NCBI GenBank assembly: GCA_963705255.1
Contig: OY970061.1
Location: 2,176,001 to 2,240,000 of the forward strand
Origin: an uncultured Methanoregulaceae archaeon
Lineage (GTDB): Archaea; Halobacteriota; Methanomicrobia; Methanomicrobiales; Methanospirillaceae
Direction of reading: 5' to 3'
Length of the DNA: 64,000 nt
This document shows, one piece after another, positions 50,168 to 61,880 of this stretch (position 1 is its first letter; every line of letters begins with the position of its first letter). The position numbers and the translations under genes were made by a program. Under the pieces are notes generated by a model. The model was given only the letters and a program-made list of their open reading frames with translations, made no database searches and was not told where the DNA came from.

Positions 50168-51250
50168 ATGTCAGCCATACCCGCATCCCCCCGCGTAGGC
50201 GCTCTCTGGCAGCGACGCATCGAGACGCTGCGGGAATACGAGGTAGTACGTGACGGGAACATCTTCGGAACCAATTTTTCCAACAATTTTGTTCTTTCCT
50301 CCGAATACGAGCAGGCCCGTGATATCCTCGACACCCTCCTCGCACACTACCAGGATGTGCCGTTCGAAAGGGTCTTCTCTGGCAGGGAAATCTCGAACTG
50401 CGGCGGCACCTGCTTCTCGCTGGAGAGCCGCCAGTCTCTTGCGTACCCAGCATTCGATCTCGACCGGTTCCGGGAAGAACTGCTCGGGGATCTCACCCTT
50501 GTCCGCGGCATCGGGCAGGTGACCCGGAAGCGGCTGAACGCCCGGGGGTTCCGGGCACTGACCGACCTTGCCGGTCACCCGAAGTTCCGGTCTGAAGCCC
50601 GGAAGGTCATCAGCCGCCTGTCTTCCGGAGACTCTTCGGACATCATGGACCTGATCTCCAGCCGGCATCCGAAATCCCATCCGCTCGTTTTGGGGGCTGC
50701 AGGTCTTCACGAGCCGGAAGACCTCGTCTTTCTCGACATCGAGACGCTGGGTCTTTTTTCCCGCCCGATCATCCTCTTTGGTGTCGGGCAATTTGAGCAT
50801 GGCCAGTTCATCGTCAACCAGTACCTGCTGCGGGACATCCACGAAGAACAGGCTGCACTTATTGCGACCCTGGAACATCTCTCCGGTGACAGGCCGGCCC
50901 TGGTTACCTTTAACGGGAAGTCGTTTGATCTTCCCTATATCTCTGATCGGCTGGCGTACTATGGCATGGACACCCCTGCCCGCATCCCCCATTTCGATGT
51001 TCTCCATTTCAGCCGCAGGAGATGGAAGGACCAGTTCCCTTCACTGCGCCTTTCCGCCCTCGAGCGGGAGGTCTTCGGGATCTCGCGGGACGATGACGTG
51101 CCCGGCCAGATGGTACCGGAATTCTACGAGAGATACCTGAAGACCGGGAACTGCGGGCCGCTGGTCCCTGTCATCGAACACAACCGGGAGGATGTCGTTT
51201 CTCTTGCCCTGCTCTTCTTCCACCTCCTGGGAGGGTCCTATGGCTGTTGA
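50168..51250 (+). CDS. RNase H-like (YprB/MrfB-type) exonuclease with HhH motif
   Basis: FLDIETLG, TFNGKSFD, HFD and HNRED. Upstream LTLVRGIG HhH. Confidence 0.85.
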   Translation: MSAIPASPRVGALWQRRIETLREYEVVRDGNIFGTNFSNNFVLSSEYEQARDILDTLLAHYQDVPFERVFSGREISNCGGTCFSLESRQSLAYPAFDLDRFREELLGDLTLVRGIGQVTRKRLNARGFRALTDLAGHPKFRSEARKVISRLSSGDSSDIMDLISSRHPKSHPLVLGAAGLHEPEDLVFLDIETLGLFSRPIILFGVGQFEHGQFIVNQYLLRDIHEEQAALIATLEHLSGDRPALVTFNGKSFDLPYISDRLAYYGMDTPARIPHFDVLHFSRRRWKDQFPSLRLSALEREVFGISRDDDVPGQMVPEFYERYLKTGNCGPLVPVIEHNREDVVSLALLFFHLLGGSYGC

Positions 51251-53550
51251 CGATCTCCTCCGGCTGCTGGCCACAAACCCGCTCTATCGCAACCGGGTCG
51301 TCCATATCGAGACAAACGGTCCGGTACCTCCCCGGTACGGGAATCCTGCGACCCCCCTTTCTGCCACTCTTGAATCGTACATCCGCCAGCGGGGAATACG
51401 GCTTTACTCTCACCAGTGCGATGCAATCAACCGTATCAGGGCCGGAAAAAACGTGGTCATCACAACGCCTACCGCGAGCGGGAAGACCCTTGCATTTAAT
51501 ATTCCGGTTTTTGAACGGCTCGAGGCAGATTCCGCTGCACGGGCGCTGTACCTCTACCCGACCAAGGCCCTCTCCAACGACCAGCTCGGGACCGTGGAAG
51601 AGATGGCACAGTTCACGGGCATTCCGGCGAGGGCCGCGATCTATGACGGGGACACCCCGCAATCGAAACGTGCAGCGATCCGTGAGAACTCCCGGATCAT
51701 CATCTCCAACCCGCACGAGCTCCACCAGGTGCTCTCCTGGCATGCGAAGTGGCGGCCGCTGTTTTCCGGCCTGGAATTCGTCGTGATCGATGAGGCGCAC
51801 CGGTACCGGGGAGTTTTCGGGTCCCATATTGCGCTCCTGATCCGCAGGCTGTTGCGCCTCTGCAGTCATTACGGTTCCCATCCGCAGTTTATCCTCTCGA
51901 CTGCGACCCTTGCCAATCCCGTGGAGTTTGCCGCACGGCTCACCGGGCAGTCATGCGATCTGGTCGGCGGGGACGGCTCCCCGCGCGGCAGGAACCATTT
52001 TGTCCTGTACAACCCGTTCTACGATGGAATCGGTGAGCGCTCCACCCACCAGGAGACAAAAGACCTCCTCGTGTCCTGCGTAAAAGAGAAGCTCCAGACC
52101 CTCTGTTTCACCGGCTCCCGGAAGATGGCGGAACTGGTCACCATCTGGGCTAGGGAAGATGCCCGCAGGACGTCCGCCCGTCTCGCCGAATCGATCTCTG
52201 CCTACCGGGCCGGGTACCTCCCGGAAGAGCGGAGGGCGATTGAACGGCAACTGAAAGACGGAGGGCTCAGAGGTGTTGTCTCCACCAATGCCCTCGAACT
52301 CGGGATCGACATCGGGTCCCTGGACGCGGTGATCATATCCGGTTTTCCGGGGACTATGATGTCGGCCCGGCAGCAGGCCGGCCGTGCAGGACGAAAAGGA
52401 GGGGAGTCCCTCGCATTCCTGGTAGCGCAGGCAAACCCGCTCGACCAGTACTTCATGAACCACCCGTACCAGTTCTTCAGCAGGTCCCACGAGCATGCTA
52501 TCGTGGACACAGAGAACCTGTATATTGTCTCCGGGCACCTGCTCTGTGCTGCTGCAGAGATGCCTCTCCGGGAAGAGACCGACCGGGAGTTTTTCGGGAA
52601 ATTGTTCTCTTTTCTCGTACAGGAACTCGAATCCAGCGATCTGGTGAGGAGGACTTCCCGCGGCTGGGTATATTCCGGGCGGGGGAGGGCGGCGGATGCC
52701 GTACAGCTCGGGGGCATCCCCGGCGAGACGTTCAGGATCCTCTGTCACGGGCGGTCTGCTTGAGACGATGGATCGCGGGCAAGCCTACCGCGAGGCGCAT
52801 AAAGGCGCGATCATGCTTCACCAAGGCGAGACTTACATCGTCAACGAGATGGACCTGGAGACGCACACCGTGAGGGTCACGGAGACCGACGTGGACTATT
52901 ATACGCAGCCCCTCAAGGAAGTTGATCTTTCCGTCCTCGGGATCCTGGAAACCCGGACGATCCATGGCGTGAACTGCTCATTCGGGGATGTTGAGGTGAC
53001 CGAGCAGTTCACCGGTTACAAGATCAAGCGGGGGGATACCATCATCGGCCTGGAACCCCTCTCGCTGCCGCCGCTCACCTTCAGGACAAAAGCATTCTGG
53101 TTTGTCCCACCGGACTCTGCCGGGCAGAAGGTCATCAGGTCAGGTCTCGATCTCGCCGGGGGACTCCATGGCGCTGAACATGCGATCATCGCGCTGATGC
53201 CGCTCCATGTCATGTGCGACCGCTGGGATATCGGCGGGCTGTCGTCACCAGCGTTTGGCGAGAGCGGCGAACCTGCCATTTTTGTCTATGATGCCTACGA
53301 AGGAGGTATCGGGCTTGCTGAAAAAGCCTACGAGATCCTTCCCGAACTGTTTTCGAGCTCCCGGGAACTGGTGCGGGACTGCCGCTGCGATGACGGCTGC
53401 CCGTCCTGCATCTACTCTCCGAAATGCGGGAACGACAACCAGCCGCTCGACAAGAAGGCGACCGTGCTCATCTTTGAAGAACTGTGCCGCGAGCCGGAAC
53501 CAAAGGAGCCCGCCGGGTGTTTCATCAGACCCGAAACAGTTGTCCCGTGA
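51240..53550 (+). CDS. DEAH helicase with DUF1998 (YprA/MrfA/Hrq1-like; frameshift near 52750)
   Basis: TPTASGKT, DEAH, SAT, QQAGRAGR and C-terminal CRC..GCPSC..SPKC. Confidence 0.92.
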
Positions 53551-53561
53551 ACGCTGACCGC

Positions 53562-53795
53562 TCAGTCGACGAGGACTTCCCGGGGTTCCGGTTCCGGTGA
53601 ACCATCATCAAAGATGAACAGGTCATCGATCCTTGCATGAAGCGCAATGGCGATTTCGTGGGCGAGCCTGAGCGAGGGGTTGTACTTTCCCTGTTCCAGG
53701 AAGACGATCGTCTCCCGGCGCACGCCGACTTTTTTTGCGAGATCGTCCTGTGTCAGCGAGTGCCGGGTGCGATATTCTTTTATTCTGGTCTGCAC
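53562..53795 (-). CDS. XRE-family HTH regulator
   Basis: [29 protein letters not shown]. Confidence 0.92.
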   Translation of the reverse strand: MQTRIKEYRTRHSLTQDDLAKKVGVRRETIVFLEQGKYNPSLRLAHEIAIALHARIDDLFIFDDGSPEPEPREVLVD

Positions 53796-53822
53796 GGTAT
53801 TACTCCGGAACACCAGAGGTCA

Positions 53823-54212
53823 TCAGTCAATATCCCCTTTCCGCAAGAGAAACATCGGATAGATCACTGCGGAGAGTCCAAGAACAAGGAGCGAGAGTGC
53901 GAGTGCATTCTGTGCGCTGAACCTGAACACGTTGAGGTAATCCAGCCAGATGAGACCGAACATGAAGAAGAGGCCAGTCAGCCAAGCATAGGATAATCCG
54001 TACGCAGCGATCTTCTTTGACCGCTCATCAGATTCCGGATCATCACCATCTCTCCGGTGACGGATAATTCCCGTGATCAGGAATGCAAAACCTGGAAAGA
54101 ACAAAATAACGCCAACGACGGCCCCGTTCCCCGTCAGCAGGATCGATACAATGCCGCTGATCAGCATCAACGCTCCGATTATTATTCGAAAGAGGTTTCT
54201 TGATCTCACCAT
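53823..54212 (-). CDS. DUF2178-like membrane protein
   Basis: Four TM segments with a central DER motif, paired with an XRE gene. Confidence 0.75.
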   Translation of the reverse strand: MVRSRNLFRIIIGALMLISGIVSILLTGNGAVVGVILFFPGFAFLITGIIRHRRDGDDPESDERSKKIAAYGLSYAWLTGLFFMFGLIWLDYLNVFRFSAQNALALSLLVLGLSAVIYPMFLLRKGDID

Positions 54213-54225
54213 TATCACACCCGTA

Positions 54226-54276
54226 TGTTATCTATTTCTAACATTCATTGGATATTAATGTTATCTATATCTAACA
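54226..54276. promoter_or_regulatory. Paired TGTTA-N8-TAACA operators flanking a TATA-like element
   Basis: TGTTATCTATTTCTAACA (54226-54243) and TGTTATCTATATCTAACA (54259-54276), 17/18 identical. Confidence 0.75.
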
Positions 54277-54326
54277 CACAGGGAGAAAAAGACCGGCTCC
54301 GATAAAGAACTCAATAAAAAGAGAAA

Positions 54327-55973
54327 TTATTCCTTGATCGAAGACCGGACCGAGAGGAATACCGGCCCCCGCACGTCAACTTTCTTCTTGTTGTCAGTCA
54401 GGAAACGCATCGCGTACTCATCTATCTTCAGGTTGATGTCGCTCGGGAGTTTTGCCATCTTGACCTGGACCGTGACAGGCTTCCTGCACCGGGCCGCCTC
54501 CTCGATCCGGGCCGCAGCAAGCGCGGATACCGCAGTGAGATACGAGATGCCGGTCGGTATCCCTTCCGTCCGGACCTGTTTCCATTTCTCTGCATCCGGG
54601 ACGCCTAGGATGGAACCGTCGTGGACGAAGATCTCGTTGGCACACGCCGGCCCGCAGAGTTTCGCGGTGGACTCGGTCTCCTCGACCACCACCTGCACCT
54701 TCGTGCCGCCGATCGTCCCCTCCCATGCCTCGAATACGCACGGGCCTTGGGCGGCCGCGTTCGCGGCGGCTGTTGCTGCAATCGCCGCGGCGAGTACCTT
54801 CCCCTCCGGTGAGAGCGGCTCCTCTCTCAGGCGGACTGCCCGTGCGATCTCCCGACCCGTGAGGGCCCGGGGGAAGAACTGGGGGTAGCAGAGCTGCCGG
54901 ACGTCGTCCGACTGGTAGGCGATCATCGCCAGCCGCTCGACCCCGAGGCCGAGGTTCATGACCGGGACACCGATGCCGTAATCGGCGAGTGCCGAGGGCG
55001 AGTACATACCGAACGTTGCCACCTCCACCCAGCCGTGCACCGGGTGACGGGCATAGACCTCGGTCTGGGAGTCCGGCATGTAATACTTGGACCGCTTCTC
55101 GTCCGGCTGGAAACGGAAGTCCGTATACCCGAACGCGGAGAGGAGCGCCTCGCTGACGGCCTTTCCCTCTTCATTGGTAATATCCTCACCGGCGACAACG
55201 CACGAGGCCGAGTGGTAGGTCATGAGCCGGGTCGGCCCTTCGGCCTGTTCGCGGCGGAAACAGCGGTCTACCGAGAAGAGCCGGATGGGGAGCGGGGTTT
55301 TGTCCCAGATCGAGCCAAGGGTCAGGAACCAGCCGCTCGTCATGTGGCTGCGGAGCGTTGAGCGGGAGGACTCCGGAGCGAGCGCCCTGAACTCCGGGAA
55401 AACGGCATCGAGGATGTGGACCACAAGCGCGTCGTCAACGCCCAGCACTTTCGAGAGCTCGAACGTCAGCTCGTCCCCATCGATCTCCGACTTCTTGTAG
55501 GCATGGAGCGTCTCCCGCAGGCGCTCCTCGGTCTCTTTTGTCATCGGCCGGTAGTTCTCCCTGCCCTGCCCGGCAGGGGCCGAATCCCGGTGGATCAGAG
55601 GGTTCCGGTGGCTCTGCAGGATCCCGTTGATCTCGTCCAGCTGTTTCCTTGCAATCCCCACGTTCGGGCGGGGAAGTCCGCCGAGATAGAAGACCCGGTC
55701 GAGCACGGCCATGGCCTCGGGGCCGAACTGCCGGTAGATGTCCTGCTCCTCGATGATCACCGGGTTCTCCGCCTCGTCAAACCCGAGCGCAAGATAGGTC
55801 TCCCGCAGGCGGTTGATGGTCGCAAATACCGGGTGGGCGACTGCCCTCCGGTAGGCCCGGTACGGGTACGTGCCTGCATGTCCTGCCGGTGTCAGTACCG
55901 ACGGCCCCTCGTGCCATGCCCCTTCAAAGTTCTCATGCGCCTTCCGTTTCCATTCATCCGGATTGAACCTCAT
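54327..55973 (-). CDS. sepS: O-phosphoserine--tRNA(Cys) ligase
   Basis: [39 protein letters not shown] and DVRGP. Confidence 0.97.
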   Translation of the reverse strand: MRFNPDEWKRKAHENFEGAWHEGPSVLTPAGHAGTYPYRAYRRAVAHPVFATINRLRETYLALGFDEAENPVIIEEQDIYRQFGPEAMAVLDRVFYLGGLPRPNVGIARKQLDEINGILQSHRNPLIHRDSAPAGQGRENYRPMTKETEERLRETLHAYKKSEIDGDELTFELSKVLGVDDALVVHILDAVFPEFRALAPESSRSTLRSHMTSGWFLTLGSIWDKTPLPIRLFSVDRCFRREQAEGPTRLMTYHSASCVVAGEDITNEEGKAVSEALLSAFGYTDFRFQPDEKRSKYYMPDSQTEVYARHPVHGWVEVATFGMYSPSALADYGIGVPVMNLGLGVERLAMIAYQSDDVRQLCYPQFFPRALTGREIARAVRLREEPLSPEGKVLAAAIAATAAANAAAQGPCVFEAWEGTIGGTKVQVVVEETESTAKLCGPACANEIFVHDGSILGVPDAEKWKQVRTEGIPTGISYLTAVSALAAARIEEAARCRKPVTVQVKMAKLPSDINLKIDEYAMRFLTDNKKKVDVRGPVFLSVRSSIKE

Positions 55974-56869
55974 CTCCCTCGCTCCAGGCAGACCACTCTG
56001 CTCAGCTTGTTTTCATCTCTGAACCGGTAATCGCACGCAGCCGCGATCCTCTCCGCAAAGGCCCGCACGTACGTATGCTCCGGCATATTCTCCCTTGCCA
56101 ACCTGTTTCTACTGTATCCCAGATACATATATCCCTTTATTTCCGCAAACATAGCGCCCGAGTCCTGCAGCATGGCCGCGTACTTTTCGGGAGCGAAATC
56201 GTTCAGGCCCCGGACCAGCGTGACCCGGATCGCGGAGCGGCGGGACCCAAGCAGGGATAGGCTCTCCCGGACCCGGTCCCAGGAGTCCCCGAGCGGGCGG
56301 CACACCGCCTTGTAGGTCTCCGCATCGGGTGCATCCAGGGAGACGTATGTCTGGAACGGCCTGCAGCGCCGCAGCATCTCCGGGTTTGTGCCATTGCTCA
56401 CGAGGAAGGTGGTGTAGCCTTTGCTGCTGAAGAGGTCGATGAGTTCCGGGAGCCGCGAGTAGAGTGTCGGTTCACCGGAGAGCGAGATCGCAACGTGTTT
56501 CGGGTCGAGGGCCTCCTGCCACCGCTCCTCGGTAACCGTGTTGTCGAGCACCGCATTGTAGCCGGCAAGCGCCTTCTTCTGGTACTTGTAGATACCGGCA
56601 AGGATAGTCTCCGGCGGGCACTCCATCTCCTCCTGCGGCTCGTGCTCGAACGAACGCCAGCAGAAGAGGCAGCGCTGGTTGCAGCGGAGCGTAGGGGTCA
56701 TCTGGACGCAGCGGTGGCTGTCAATGCCATAGAACTGGTGCTTGTAACACATCTCCCCGCCGGCGAGCGCACGCTTGCACCACATGCAGGGCTTGAGCGC
56801 GGCCGAGGAGGTCTTACTGAAGAACTGGTAGCCCTGTTTCCGCAGGGCTTCACATGGAGCTGATGGCAT
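55970..56869 (-). CDS. taw1: 4-demethylwyosine synthase Taw1/TYW1
   Basis: [26 protein letters not shown] and SLSGEP. Confidence 0.94.
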   Translation of the reverse strand: MPSAPCEALRKQGYQFFSKTSSAALKPCMWCKRALAGGEMCYKHQFYGIDSHRCVQMTPTLRCNQRCLFCWRSFEHEPQEEMECPPETILAGIYKYQKKALAGYNAVLDNTVTEERWQEALDPKHVAISLSGEPTLYSRLPELIDLFSSKGYTTFLVSNGTNPEMLRRCRPFQTYVSLDAPDAETYKAVCRPLGDSWDRVRESLSLLGSRRSAIRVTLVRGLNDFAPEKYAAMLQDSGAMFAEIKGYMYLGYSRNRLARENMPEHTYVRAFAERIAAACDYRFRDENKLSRVVCLERGR

Positions 56870-58514
56870 CGATCCCGAGCGTCTCGAGGGACTCTCTTAA
56901 GGTGTTCTGCACGGCTTTTACCAGCGTGAGCCGGCGGTCACGTACCCTGCCTTCGCTCTTCAGTACCGGTTCGAAATGGTAGAACGAGTTGAACGTATCG
57001 GCGAGCTCCCGGGCGTAGGTAGCGAGGATGTGCGGGCGGAGCTCGGCTATGACTTTTTCGACGATGGCCGGGAACTTTGCGACCTGCTTCGCGAGCGCGA
57101 TCTCCTGGTCCGTCTCCATATCGTAGCATTCCTCGAATGCCCCCCCCTTTTCGAGGATGCTGCAGGCGCGGGCGTGGGCGTACTGGATGTAGGGCCCGCT
57201 CTGGCGTTCGAAGTCAAGCGCCTCCTTCCAGTTAAAGACCGTGCTCTTCTCGGGAGAGACCTTCACGATGTCGTAGCGGATCGCGGCAAGCCCGACCGAC
57301 TTCGCGATCGACCTCCTCGCCGTCTCGTCCAGTTCCGGCCGGCGGGCCGTCACTTCTTCAAGGGCGCGCCTCGTCACCTCGGAGATAAGGTCGTCTGCTG
57401 AGACGAATTTACCCGCACGGGTGCTCATCGAGCCTTCCGGCAGGGAGACGAACTCGAAATGGACGATCTCCGGGACTTTCTCCCCGAGGAGTTTCAGCGT
57501 GCACTGGAGCTGCGCTCCGATCAGCTTGTGGTCGGCGCCGAGGACATCGATGACCCGGTCGAAGTTTGCCGCCTTCCAGGCATGGAAGGCGAGGTCGCGG
57601 GCCGCGTAGACCGAGGTGCCGTCGCTCCGGCGGATGACATACTTGTTCGCGAACCCGAACTCCGAGAGGTCGAGCGCGAGCGTCTCGTCGTCCCGGGCCT
57701 GGGGGAGTTTCCGCAGCCGCGAAATGATCCGTTCGGTATAGCCGTTCCGGATGAAGTCGCTCTCCCAGACGAAGCGGTCGTGCGCGACATTGAGGTCCTT
57801 CATCGTGACCCCGAACCCGTCGAGGCAACGGGAGACTTCCTTCCGGAACTTCTTGACGGTCGCCGGGTCGCCGTTCTCCACGAGCTGCATCAGGGTGTTC
57901 ACCTGCTGCGTGATGCTCTCGTCCTTCTCGATCTCGCGGTTCGCAGCGATGTATACCCGGGCGATGTGGGCATCTTCCTTCTCCCCATCAAGCCGGGTGC
58001 TGTCGAGGTTGTCGAACCCCCAGACCACGATCGCGATCTGGCGCCCCATGTCATTGACATAGTACTGCACCTCGAGCGGGTAGCCTGCCTTCCGGAACGC
58101 CCGGGCAAGCGTGTCGCCGATGATCGAGTTCCGGATATGCCCGACATGTAGCGGGCCGTTCGGGTTTGCGCTCGTGTGCTCGAGCACGACCCGGGTCGGT
58201 CTCTGCGGCGATGTGCCGTAACCGGGCTTCACCGCTTCCCTGACTGCTCCGCTCACGTACCCGCTACCGAAGACGAAGTTGATATACGGCCCTTTTGCCT
58301 CAACCGTTATCCCGGCAAGGGCGGGATCGTTTGCTATCTCCACGGCGAGCTCCCGTGCTATCCCGGCCGGCGCCTGCTTTCTCTGTTTTGCAAGGGAGAA
58401 TGCTACGGTCGATGCAAGGTCGGCGTGCTCCCCGCCATCCGTCAGCTGCGCGTCGGGGAGGGCGGTGTGTTCTCTGATCACGTTCCCGATGATCATAGAG
58501 GTCTCGTTCAGCAT
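56850..58514 (-). CDS. argS: Arginine--tRNA ligase
   Basis: EHTSANPNGPLHVGH, MSTRAG and YIQYAHAR. Confidence 0.97.
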   Translation of the reverse strand: MLNETSMIIGNVIREHTALPDAQLTDGGEHADLASTVAFSLAKQRKQAPAGIARELAVEIANDPALAGITVEAKGPYINFVFGSGYVSGAVREAVKPGYGTSPQRPTRVVLEHTSANPNGPLHVGHIRNSIIGDTLARAFRKAGYPLEVQYYVNDMGRQIAIVVWGFDNLDSTRLDGEKEDAHIARVYIAANREIEKDESITQQVNTLMQLVENGDPATVKKFRKEVSRCLDGFGVTMKDLNVAHDRFVWESDFIRNGYTERIISRLRKLPQARDDETLALDLSEFGFANKYVIRRSDGTSVYAARDLAFHAWKAANFDRVIDVLGADHKLIGAQLQCTLKLLGEKVPEIVHFEFVSLPEGSMSTRAGKFVSADDLISEVTRRALEEVTARRPELDETARRSIAKSVGLAAIRYDIVKVSPEKSTVFNWKEALDFERQSGPYIQYAHARACSILEKGGAFEECYDMETDQEIALAKQVAKFPAIVEKVIAELRPHILATYARELADTFNSFYHFEPVLKSEGRVRDRRLTLVKAVQNTLRESLETLGIDAISSM

Positions 58515-59785
58515 CAGTATCCCGTCCTGTAGCGGAGGATCGCGGCAATCCCGCCGAATGCCGAGAAGAGGATCGATCCCTCCTCGAAATCGTCGGATAT
58601 GAGCTCGACTTTCGCAGAGCTCTTGTCGGCAAGTTTAGTCAGCTCGTCGATGATATCGATCTCCTCCTCAAGGATAAGGGGGGCGGTGCACTTCGGGCAG
58701 TTCCCGAGCGGGAGGTCTGCAACCGTCTTGCCGGCCTCGACATTGACGGTCTTCTCGCTCGTGTAGTCGCAGCTCTGGCACCTGATCCTCAGCCGGGACT
58801 TGCGGAGGTTAGCCGAGAGGAGAAGGATATCCACGGCACCGATCCCGAGGTTGTGGCGGATACTCTCCTCGCCGTACGCGGCAAGCCCGTCTTCCTTGAC
58901 GAGCTCCCTGAGGAACCGGTCCATGAACGCCTTCTCCTGGATGACGGTCATGCCCTTGAGCGCGTCGGATGCCGCGTCCACGAGTTCCGCGAGCCCGTCC
59001 TCGTTGGTGTAAGCAACATCGAACAGCCCGATGATCCGCTTCTGGACCTCGTGGTGGAGATAGTTCCCCTTCTCGAACTCCTCTTTCGTCGGGCTCGGAC
59101 CTCCGATGAGGACGCCCTTGAACCGCTCGAAAAAATCTTTCTCGGCAAGGAAGATGGCACTTGACCGCTCGCCGACCTTGGTATAGAACTCGTCGATGGC
59201 GATCTCGCGCAGCCTCCCGAACCGGGCTGCCGACTGGCCGCCTTTCCGCATCTTACCCGGCACCGTTGAGTTCGCCCCCCCCATCGGTTCGATCCGGTTG
59301 CCGCGCAGGAACCCCCAGTACGCCTCGCGCTTGTCGAGGACGAGCAGGCCGTACACGTACTTCTCCTCGAGCATCTGCTTGAGGGGTTCGAGCTCGAAAT
59401 TGGAGCTGCAGCGGTACATGTAGAGGTTGAGGGGCTCGGGCGGCTCGATGATGGTGCACTGGAGGTCGGTGCGGTCGCCGTAGAGTTTTACCGTGCCGCA
59501 GAAGACTGCTATCCCTTTCTCGGGAGGTCGCTTGTAGTACTTGAGCCGGGAGAGGATGGAGGAGATGGCGCTCTGGACATTGGTCCGCGTCTGCTTGGAC
59601 TTGATGTTCGCGCACTGCCCGAACTCGTCCTTGAGCTGGTTGGTCACGTCATAGATCTGCTTGTCGGGAGGGATGTAGAGGGTTATCAGTTCCGTCCCGT
59701 CCCCCTGCTGCGACTGGAGCTTCTCAAGGGTCTTCTTGAATTCATAGCGCTTCCGCGCGTCGTCCATCTCCGCTTCTTCTGCCAT
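58514..59785 (-). CDS. prf1: Peptide chain release factor aRF1
   Basis: NIKS, YRC, GGQSAARF and FGGIAAILRY. Confidence 0.97.
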   Translation of the reverse strand: MAEEAEMDDARKRYEFKKTLEKLQSQQGDGTELITLYIPPDKQIYDVTNQLKDEFGQCANIKSKQTRTNVQSAISSILSRLKYYKRPPEKGIAVFCGTVKLYGDRTDLQCTIIEPPEPLNLYMYRCSSNFELEPLKQMLEEKYVYGLLVLDKREAYWGFLRGNRIEPMGGANSTVPGKMRKGGQSAARFGRLREIAIDEFYTKVGERSSAIFLAEKDFFERFKGVLIGGPSPTKEEFEKGNYLHHEVQKRIIGLFDVAYTNEDGLAELVDAASDALKGMTVIQEKAFMDRFLRELVKEDGLAAYGEESIRHNLGIGAVDILLLSANLRKSRLRIRCQSCDYTSEKTVNVEAGKTVADLPLGNCPKCTAPLILEEEIDIIDELTKLADKSSAKVELISDDFEEGSILFSAFGGIAAILRYRTGY

Positions 59786-59828
59786 TGCCGGACTCAAACC
59801 TCTCACTAAAGCCAGTACCTATTCTCCC

Positions 59829-60720
59829 TCACGTGCCATAAATTTGCGCCAGTTGTGCCATAAGCCGCCGGTCAACATCCGGGTTGATCCCGTGATCGCC
59901 GTTGAATTCGGTGAAGGTTTTGGGCTCGTCTGCCGTTGCGAAGAGGGCCTTGCCAGAGGTAAAGGGTATGAACGGGTCGGTCGCGTTATGGTACATCCAG
60001 ACCGTGCGCGGGGAGATCCCGGGCAGGTAGGTGCTCGGCTCGAGGGATGTCGCAAACTTCAGGAGATCCCCTGTCCCTCCCTGGGCAAGGACTGCGTCCC
60101 GGAGTCCCCAGTCCGCGGTCGAGATCCCCACGTACCCGGCAAATTCCGGGTCGACCCCGGCCGCAACTGCCGCGTACCGTCCGCCATTGCTCCCCCCGAC
60201 GGCATAGACCGGGACGCCGAACCGGCTGGCAAGCACGGCGCGCAGGGACGAGATGTCACAAATGGTCTGGTAGTACCTCGGGCCAGTCGCCGCTCTCGAA
60301 CCGGGAATAGTCCGTCTGGGGGTTGAACGGGTAGCCTCCCGTCTCCCCGCCCCTGCCCCGGATGTCGACGAACATGAATGCATAGCCGGCAGCCGCATAG
60401 GTCACCATCCGTTCCGCATGACCCGAGATCTTCTCCCCGGCCCCGGGTATGTACTCCAGCACCGCCTTTGGCCGTTCCGGATAACTCAGGTATGTCACCA
60501 CGTCACCCGTCTGGGTGTGCATGACGACCCGGGATTCAGTGTAGGTACCGTTTGCAAAGAGCACGGTCTCGTTGGTCGTGACCGGTGCGCAGGTCACCGA
60601 GAGGACGCCGTTCTTGTCCACGGAATACGAGGGCTTCGAGGGGGCGCTGGTACACCCGGCAATAACTGCAGCAGCAATGAGAAAAACGGCAAGGATGAAC
60701 GCGGTCCGCACGGTCAGCAC
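59829..60720 (-). CDS. Secreted alpha/beta hydrolase (frameshift near 60280)
   Basis: Signal ending IAGC, GSNGG nucleophile elbow, DPFIP and GDHG. Confidence 0.8.
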
Positions 60721-61211
60721 CCCAGGCAGCGGCAGATCAGGCAGATGGTCTTCCCGTCGGTGATGGTGCCGTCGCGGACCATTCCCGCAAGGTCCCGGAC
60801 CGGGACATCCACGACCTCGATCACCTCGTCCTCGTCCTTCTGGTATTCCTGCGAGGGCGAGAGGTCCCGGGCCTCGAACAGGAAGATCTTCTCGTCGGTG
60901 AACCCGGGTGTCGTATAGATGAACCCTCTGGGTGTGATCGTCTTCGCCGCAAGACTGGTCTCCTCGATCAGCTCACGGCCCGCCGTTGTCACGGGGTCTT
61001 CCCCGGGCTCCATGGTGCCGGCCGGAGCTTCATAGATGTGCTGGTCGATGGCATACCGGTATTGCTTCAGCAGCGTGCACCGCTTCCCGTTCAGGGGAAG
61101 GATTGCCACGGCATTGCCGGGGTGGACGATCACCTTCTCCCGCTCCGTGCCGGTCGGGAGCCGGATCGTGCGCTTCTCTATCCAGAGCCGCCTGCCACGG
61201 AATATCTCCAT
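60714..61211 (-). CDS. NUDIX hydrolase (ADP-ribose pyrophosphatase-like)
   Basis: PAG..E.GE....AGRELIEET Nudix box and QYRY. Confidence 0.92.
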   Translation of the reverse strand: MEIFRGRRLWIEKRTIRLPTGTEREKVIVHPGNAVAILPLNGKRCTLLKQYRYAIDQHIYEAPAGTMEPGEDPVTTAGRELIEETSLAAKTITPRGFIYTTPGFTDEKIFLFEARDLSPSQEYQKDEDEVIEVVDVPVRDLAGMVRDGTITDGKTICLICRCLGC

Positions 61212-61880
61212 TCAGACCTCGTATTCTATCGGGTCGCGTATGCCCGCTGTATCGAATGCTTCCCTGCGGAAGTGGCACGAGCCGCAGGTACCGCAGGCTT
61301 TCTCCTCGTTCCGGTAGCACGACCACGTGTGCTCGTACGGCACGCCGAGCCGGATCCCTTCCCGCAGGATATCGGTCTTGGTCATGTGGATGAACGGCGT
61401 GAAGAGGGTGATCTCCGTCGTGTCCTTCGTCCCGAGCTCGATCACTCTCTGGAACGCGCTTATGAACGCCGGGCGGCAGTCGGGGTAGCCGCTGTAGTCG
61501 AGGGACTGGACCCCGATGAATATGGCCTCTGCCGCACGCGCCTCGGCAAAACTGGTTGCGATCGAGAGCAGGTTCGCGTTTCGGAACGGTACGTACGTAT
61601 TGGGCATGTGGACACGCTCCGGGTCAAACTCTTCAACGGCAATGTCCTTATCTGTCAGGCTGCTCGCCCCGAACTTCGTGAAACAATCGAGGTTGACCTC
61701 GACAAACGCCTCTGCGTCCAGCAGCCCGGAGATCTTTTTTGCGCTCTCGAGTTCCTTTCGTTCCGTCCGCTGCCCGTAATTGAAGTGGAGGGCCAGGATA
61801 TCGTAGCCCCTCCTCTTTGCGACATACGCGAGCGTGGAGGAGTCCATTCCTCCTGACAATAAACATACCGCTTTCATCAT
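61212..61880 (-). CDS. queC: 7-cyano-7-deazaguanine synthase
   Basis: SGGMDS, YVPFRN, YPDCR and SCY..CGTCGSC. Confidence 0.96.
   Translation of the reverse strand: MMKAVCLLSGGMDSSTLAYVAKRRGYDILALHFNYGQRTERKELESAKKISGLLDAEAFVEVNLDCFTKFGASSLTDKDIAVEEFDPERVHMPNTYVPFRNANLLSIATSFAEARAAEAIFIGVQSLDYSGYPDCRPAFISAFQRVIELGTKDTTEITLFTPFIHMTKTDILREGIRLGVPYEHTWSCYRNEEKACGTCGSCHFRREAFDTAGIRDPIEYEV

Noticed and set aside
58690-58790. CxxC...CxxC insert in aRF1 domain 3
   Set aside because: A zinc-ribbon minidomain at this position is known in euryarchaeal aRF1 and is not novel.
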